From contig JAJRTE010000259.1 of the NCBI GenBank assembly GCA_024278455.1, positions 5,775 to 69,774 of the forward strand: 64,000 nt of DNA. Direction: 5' to 3'. Both the position numbers and the translations under genes were made by a program. Source of the stretch: Myxococcota bacterium (GTDB lineage: Bacteria > Myxococcota_A > UBA796 > JAJRTE01). Below the pieces are notes generated by a model. The model searched no databases, was not told the origin of the DNA, and saw only the letters and a program-made list of their open reading frames with translations. Positions 59,989-64,000 of the stretch are shown here, piece by piece (the stretch's first letter is position 1; every line of letters starts with the position of its first letter).

Positions 59989-60457
59989 TTCGAAACCTCC
60001 TTGTTCATGCGACAAAACAAGAGCACGTCGACAAAGGCCGTCACACCGAGTCCCGGCAACAGGTATCGTGTGGTTCGACTTCACGCGACCGGTCAGCGCC
60101 CAAGAACGTTCCATGCGAGAGAACGCCCGGTGTCCACATTCTCCAAGAGCTGACGACAACGCCATTCGCGGAGATCGCCCTTTCTATCAGCATAAGCCGG
60201 AATGGAAGTACCGTGCAAGCGAGACCCGTGCGGGAGCAGGACCTCCCAACGTTCCGCGATCCAGGGACTATCCTCCCGTGACCGCCTCGGTGCTCTCAGC
60301 GCCGACAGATATGGTCGATATCCTTGCAGCATCACCGTTCCCATGGCATCATTCGAATGGATGAGGCCTCTCGAGGGCGAACCATTCCGGGCGGCATGCG
60401 TTCCGGAAAGCGGCTCGTCCTGGCGAGAAATAGGGCCGTCCAGCCCGGGAGGACACC

Positions 60458-61423
60458 ATGCCAGGCAGAAAACTCGTCAGCTTCGACTGGGCCATCAAGA
60501 AGATCCTGCGGGACAAGGCCAACTTCGCCGTGCTCGAGGGGTTCCTGAGCGAACTCCTCCGCGAGGACATCCAGGTCCTGGAACTCCTCGACAGCGAAAG
60601 CAACCAGGACGACCTGGGGCACAAGTACAACCGGGTCGACCTGAAGGTCCGCAATTCCAAGGGCGAGATCGTGATCATCGAGGTCCAGTACGAGACCGAG
60701 TTCGACTTCTTGCAGAGGATTGTCCATGGGACGTCCAAGACGGTCGTCGAGCACATGGAGAAGGGAGCGCCCTACTCCAAGCTCCCCAAGGTGATTTCGG
60801 TCAGCATCCTCTATTTCGACCTGGGCAAGGGCAAGGACTACATCTACCGGGGCGGGACGTCGTTTCGGGGTCTTCACCATGACGACGTACTGGAACTGAG
60901 TCCTCAGCAAAAACAGCTCTACGGGCGGGAGAAGGTTTCGGAGGTGTGTCCCGAGTACTACCTGATCAAGGTGAAGCAGTTCGACGACGCGGTGCGGGAC
61001 GGGCTGGACGAGTGGATCTACTTCCTGAAGCACGAGGAGATCAAGGACAAGTTCGAGGCGAAGGGGTTGAAGGAGGCCAAGGAGCGGCTCGATGTGCTGA
61101 AGCTGTCGAAGGAGGAGCGGGCAGCTTACGAGCGGTATTGCGAGAACCTCCACTACCAGGCCTCGATGGTGGAGTCGAGCTACGGGATGGGGAAGCTGGA
61201 AGGGAAGCTGGAGGGGTTGGAGATCGGCTTGGAGAAGGGCAAGGAGATCGGCCTGGAGAAGGGCAAGGAGATCGGCCTGGAGAAGGGCAAGGAGATAGGG
61301 AGGAAGGAGGAGAGGAAGGCGTTGGCAAGGAAACTCCTGGATCTCATGGATGTCGACACGATCGCCCGGACGACGGGCTTGACGACGGAGGAGGTTGCGG
61401 CGCTCGAGCGGGGCGGGCAGTAG
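60458..61423 (+). CDS. Rpn family recombination-promoting nuclease/putative transposase (PD-(D/E)XK)
   Basis: DWAIKKIL, RVD...IIEVQ, WIYFLK, GxEKG tail repeats, IARTTGLT C-terminus; GGAGG RBS. Confidence 0.92.
   Translation: MPGRKLVSFDWAIKKILRDKANFAVLEGFLSELLREDIQVLELLDSESNQDDLGHKYNRVDLKVRNSKGEIVIIEVQYETEFDFLQRIVHGTSKTVVEHMEKGAPYSKLPKVISVSILYFDLGKGKDYIYRGGTSFRGLHHDDVLELSPQQKQLYGREKVSEVCPEYYLIKVKQFDDAVRDGLDEWIYFLKHEEIKDKFEAKGLKEAKERLDVLKLSKEERAAYERYCENLHYQASMVESSYGMGKLEGKLEGLEIGLEKGKEIGLEKGKEIGLEKGKEIGRKEERKALARKLLDLMDVDTIARTTGLTTEEVAALERGGQ
61220..61296 (+). repeat. 24-bp coding tandem repeat x3 (EIGLEKGK)
   Basis: gagatcggc[t/c]tggagaagggcaag repeated three times. Confidence 0.95.
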
Positions 61424-61452
61424 GGCTGTCGTGAATGCCCCCCGCCGGGTGG

Positions 61453-62682
61453 TCACCGGAGGCATTCTCCAGTTCGCGCCCACACAACGAGCTGCCGTGC
61501 AGCCTGTGAGGCACCGGCACTCCACAGCCGTTCGTGCGATCCATCCCCGACATCCCCCGACGCCGGGCACCCCCCTGGCGACGGATGGGCGTGAACCAGG
61601 TCCCCAGCTCTCCCCGGCTGGCGGGGCGGCCACGATTGGCCATGCCACCACGGGTCGCTCGACGCTCGTCTCAACCGTCCAGCCTGGTCGTCGAAGTACC
61701 TTGGAAAGCCGCGACTGGCCCACTTCCAAGGCCACCCGCTCAGCTCCGCCACGCTGTTGTAGCCGCCGCCCGTCACCACCCTGAAAGCCAGTGGAAAGAG
61801 GAGGGAGGCCGGGAAATAGTCATAGCTCGGAACCTCGAGCCGCTCATCCGGCCTCGGGGTGATGACAACGATGGAACGCTTCTCCGCTTCTCGCTGTGCA
61901 ATCTCCAACAGTTGATCGATCTCCGAGCGAGGGCCGCTGTGGACCACCAGGGTGATATGCTCTGTGTGCAGGCGGTCGAGTAGGCCCCCGGGAATGGCCG
62001 GCGGCTTCCATACCCGCCCCATGCCCGAGACCGCCTGGCCAGCCTGTGCACCCCCGATCTGGGCCGGCCAGTGACAAGAGGGAACGTCTGAACCCACCTC
62101 CGCCCCCCCCGGAGGATGCGACAGGACCGGGCTCGCCGGCAGAAGACCGGGGGGGCTTGCCAGCGGGAAGCGGATGGGGGCCGATAGCGAAACGATCTGT
62201 GCCCTTCGAGCGTTCCGCGGACAGGAGCCGGCCAACGCCTCGAAGTGGTCCCTCGAGAGAGGTTCTGCAATCATGACCCGCGAGAGCTGGGGGCTCGAGC
62301 CCATCCAGCTCGAGCCAATCTTCCGCAGGTAGGGTTGCACGAGCAGGCGCCGGGCGAGGAGCGCGAAACGAAACCGGGTGCAACCGCGCCACTCGCCCTC
62401 GATGCCCCACGGAAACGTATCCAGGACGACCAGGCCGGGTTCGAGAGCGGCGGAGTAGTCGGGGAGGTCGGTTCCCCAGTGTGCTCGAGGAATGAAGTCG
62501 ATGGGACAGCCCGTCAGGCGTGCCATGCCTTCGGCAAGGGGTGACGGAGTTACGATCCGGTGCGGCCGGCCCAGCGCGGCGAGTTCGATACTGATGGCAC
62601 AGGCACGTGTGAGGTGGCCCAGGCCGGCCCCGGGTGCGACAATCAAGATCATCGGGCCGGGGCACGGCACACAATCCGTCAT
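61453..62682 (-). CDS. GT-B fold glycosyltransferase-like protein
   Basis: GAGLGHLTR, LDTFP, GGGYNSVAE, DDQAGR. Confidence 0.7.
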   Translation of the reverse strand: MTDCVPCPGPMILIVAPGAGLGHLTRACAISIELAALGRPHRIVTPSPLAEGMARLTGCPIDFIPRAHWGTDLPDYSAALEPGLVVLDTFPWGIEGEWRGCTRFRFALLARRLLVQPYLRKIGSSWMGSSPQLSRVMIAEPLSRDHFEALAGSCPRNARRAQIVSLSAPIRFPLASPPGLLPASPVLSHPPGGAEVGSDVPSCHWPAQIGGAQAGQAVSGMGRVWKPPAIPGGLLDRLHTEHITLVVHSGPRSEIDQLLEIAQREAEKRSIVVITPRPDERLEVPSYDYFPASLLFPLAFRVVTGGGYNSVAELSGWPWKWASRGFPRYFDDQAGRLRRASSDPWWHGQSWPPRQPGRAGDLVHAHPSPGGCPASGDVGDGSHERLWSAGASQAARQLVVWARTGECLR

Positions 62683-63434
62683 CTTCCAACGCTCATGAGA
62701 TACAAGGCCAGGCAGGAGCGTTGAGCGTCCGTCAGCCGCTCCCCGGCCAGGTAGGGCGCCGGCACGCTGCTCAGCCGGTCCATGCCCTGCACCAGGACCA
62801 CCTCGTTGCCTGCGGCGTCCTTCGCCTTCATCTTCCCGGTGTCCGGATAGTACTTCACCTTCCCCAGCACCTCTTCGCCCTGCACCACCTTGATCTTTTC
62901 CGGCTTGACCTTGAACGCGATCGGGGCAGGATCGTCGTCGGTCTTGTAAACCTTGACCTTATCCGGTTTGAGCCTGATCTTGAGGAACGGCCCCGTCTCC
63001 GAGGCGAAGGTCACCCCGTCGGGCCCGGGACGCCCCCGCGCCAGGTCCGTGTCCCCTTTCCTGCACGTGAGCCAATCGCCACTCCGGACCAGGCCGTAGC
63101 GCGTACCGGCAGCCAGAAGCTGCCAGTGGCCTTGGGCTGCAAGAATCGTGCCCGTCACCCCGTTGTACGTGAGCGAGACCTGCTTCTGGCCGCGAACCCG
63201 CCCGACCGCACCCACATTCCCAGTCTGCGCATCCGGCGCAACGACAGGTGTCTCGTGCCGCCCCGAGGCCGCAGCAGATTCTCCAGACGACGTCCCGGAC
63301 ACCGCGTGCGGCTGGCCGAGCGCATCCTGGGCAGGCTTATCACAGCAGGCGGCCAGACCGGCACCCAGGAACAGGAAGACAACGAGCCGGACCTTGCCGG
63401 CCAGGGGAGAAAAGAGACTGTTTCGTTCCGTCAT
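62679..63434 (-). CDS. Lys-rich beta-strand lipoprotein, hypothetical
   Basis: AAGGAG RBS, LAAC lipobox; ATGA overlap with the downstream gene. Confidence 0.75.
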   Translation of the reverse strand: MTERNSLFSPLAGKVRLVVFLFLGAGLAACCDKPAQDALGQPHAVSGTSSGESAAASGRHETPVVAPDAQTGNVGAVGRVRGQKQVSLTYNGVTGTILAAQGHWQLLAAGTRYGLVRSGDWLTCRKGDTDLARGRPGPDGVTFASETGPFLKIRLKPDKVKVYKTDDDPAPIAFKVKPEKIKVVQGEEVLGKVKYYPDTGKMKAKDAAGNEVVLVQGMDRLSSVPAPYLAGERLTDAQRSCLALYLMSVGR

Positions 63435-63444
63435 GACGACTCCT

Positions 63445-64000
63445 TCAGATTGGTTCGCCCGCATGATCGGCCAACGCGCGCCCCTCCGGACCCAACCCGC
63501 AGTGTCGAGCCAGGGCGGCGTTCTCCTCGAGATAGTCATCGCAACTCGCGCATATTTCGAAGGGGCTCCCGGACGCCATGGCCAATCGTATCTCCCGGCG
63601 TGCTGGCGCGTCGAGGAGTTTCTCGAGCGGCGCCTCGTGCAGGTTTCCGTACAGGGGCAGATGGTGTTTCCCCATACAACACGGATATACCGCTCCGTTC
63701 GCATCGACAAAGAGGCTGAACCATGGGGCGAAGCACGGCCGGTGGTCGTAGAAGTCCCCACCGTATCTCCCCTTTTCTGCTCGAGCTGCACTCCGAGTGA
63801 TCGCCTGGGGATCCCAGTGCACGGGCATCCGGGTGAGCAGGGGACGCCAGGCGCCCCAACGCTCGCCCAGGTCGCGCCACTGCTCGGCCCCGGGTCTCAG
63901 GCTGCCCGATGTGCTGTCGACGGGCAGCAGGCGCCAGCGGGTTACCCCGTGCGCCACGAGCCGATCGTGCAACGCACCAAGTTCGCCGATGTTCTGCCGG
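63445..64000 (-). CDS. radical SAM/SPASM protein, C-terminal part (truncated by the window edge)
   Basis: CFAPW...NGAVYPCC...GNL...CASC SPASM pattern. Confidence 0.8.
   Translation of the reverse strand, partial: RQNIGELGALHDRLVAHGVTRWRLLPVDSTSGSLRPGAEQWRDLGERWGAWRPLLTRMPVHWDPQAITRSAARAEKGRYGGDFYDHRPCFAPWFSLFVDANGAVYPCCMGKHHLPLYGNLHEAPLEKLLDAPARREIRLAMASGSPFEICASCDDYLEENAALARHCGLGPEGRALADHAGEPI

Overview
High-GC bacterial chromosomal window, probably Myxococcota/Deltaproteobacteria-like. This placement is inferred from a DigR-like regulator, a MYXO-CTERM-like tail, RpoH and MopE-repeat proteins. Housekeeping content: tadA, two tRNA-Ser genes, SRP RNA, dnaX, ybaB and recR in a row, plus clpB, rpoH, a khpA-like gene, a xanthine-dehydrogenase-family triad, PBP1A (with one in-frame TAG), mobA, dksA and priA. 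Envelope and glycan genes: two GT-C glycosyltransferases, a GT2, two SGNH hydrolases and a UGM-like flavoenzyme. A small accessory island between clpB and rpoH holds a heptamer repeat, an IS66 relic, an HTH regulator and a secreted peptide. A 16-kb cluster encodes three large Cys/Asp-repeat surface proteins, followed by an Rpn nuclease. Most notable observations: (1) window-wide over-representation of the palindrome CTCGAG, including out-of-frame copies built from rare codons (HIP1-like); (2) a shared anchor-proximal DDD[ST]+Pro/Thr motif and mirror-image architecture in the surface proteins; (3) a sensor-less pseudo-kinase next to the DigR-like regulator. All calls come from reading the sequence; no searches were run.
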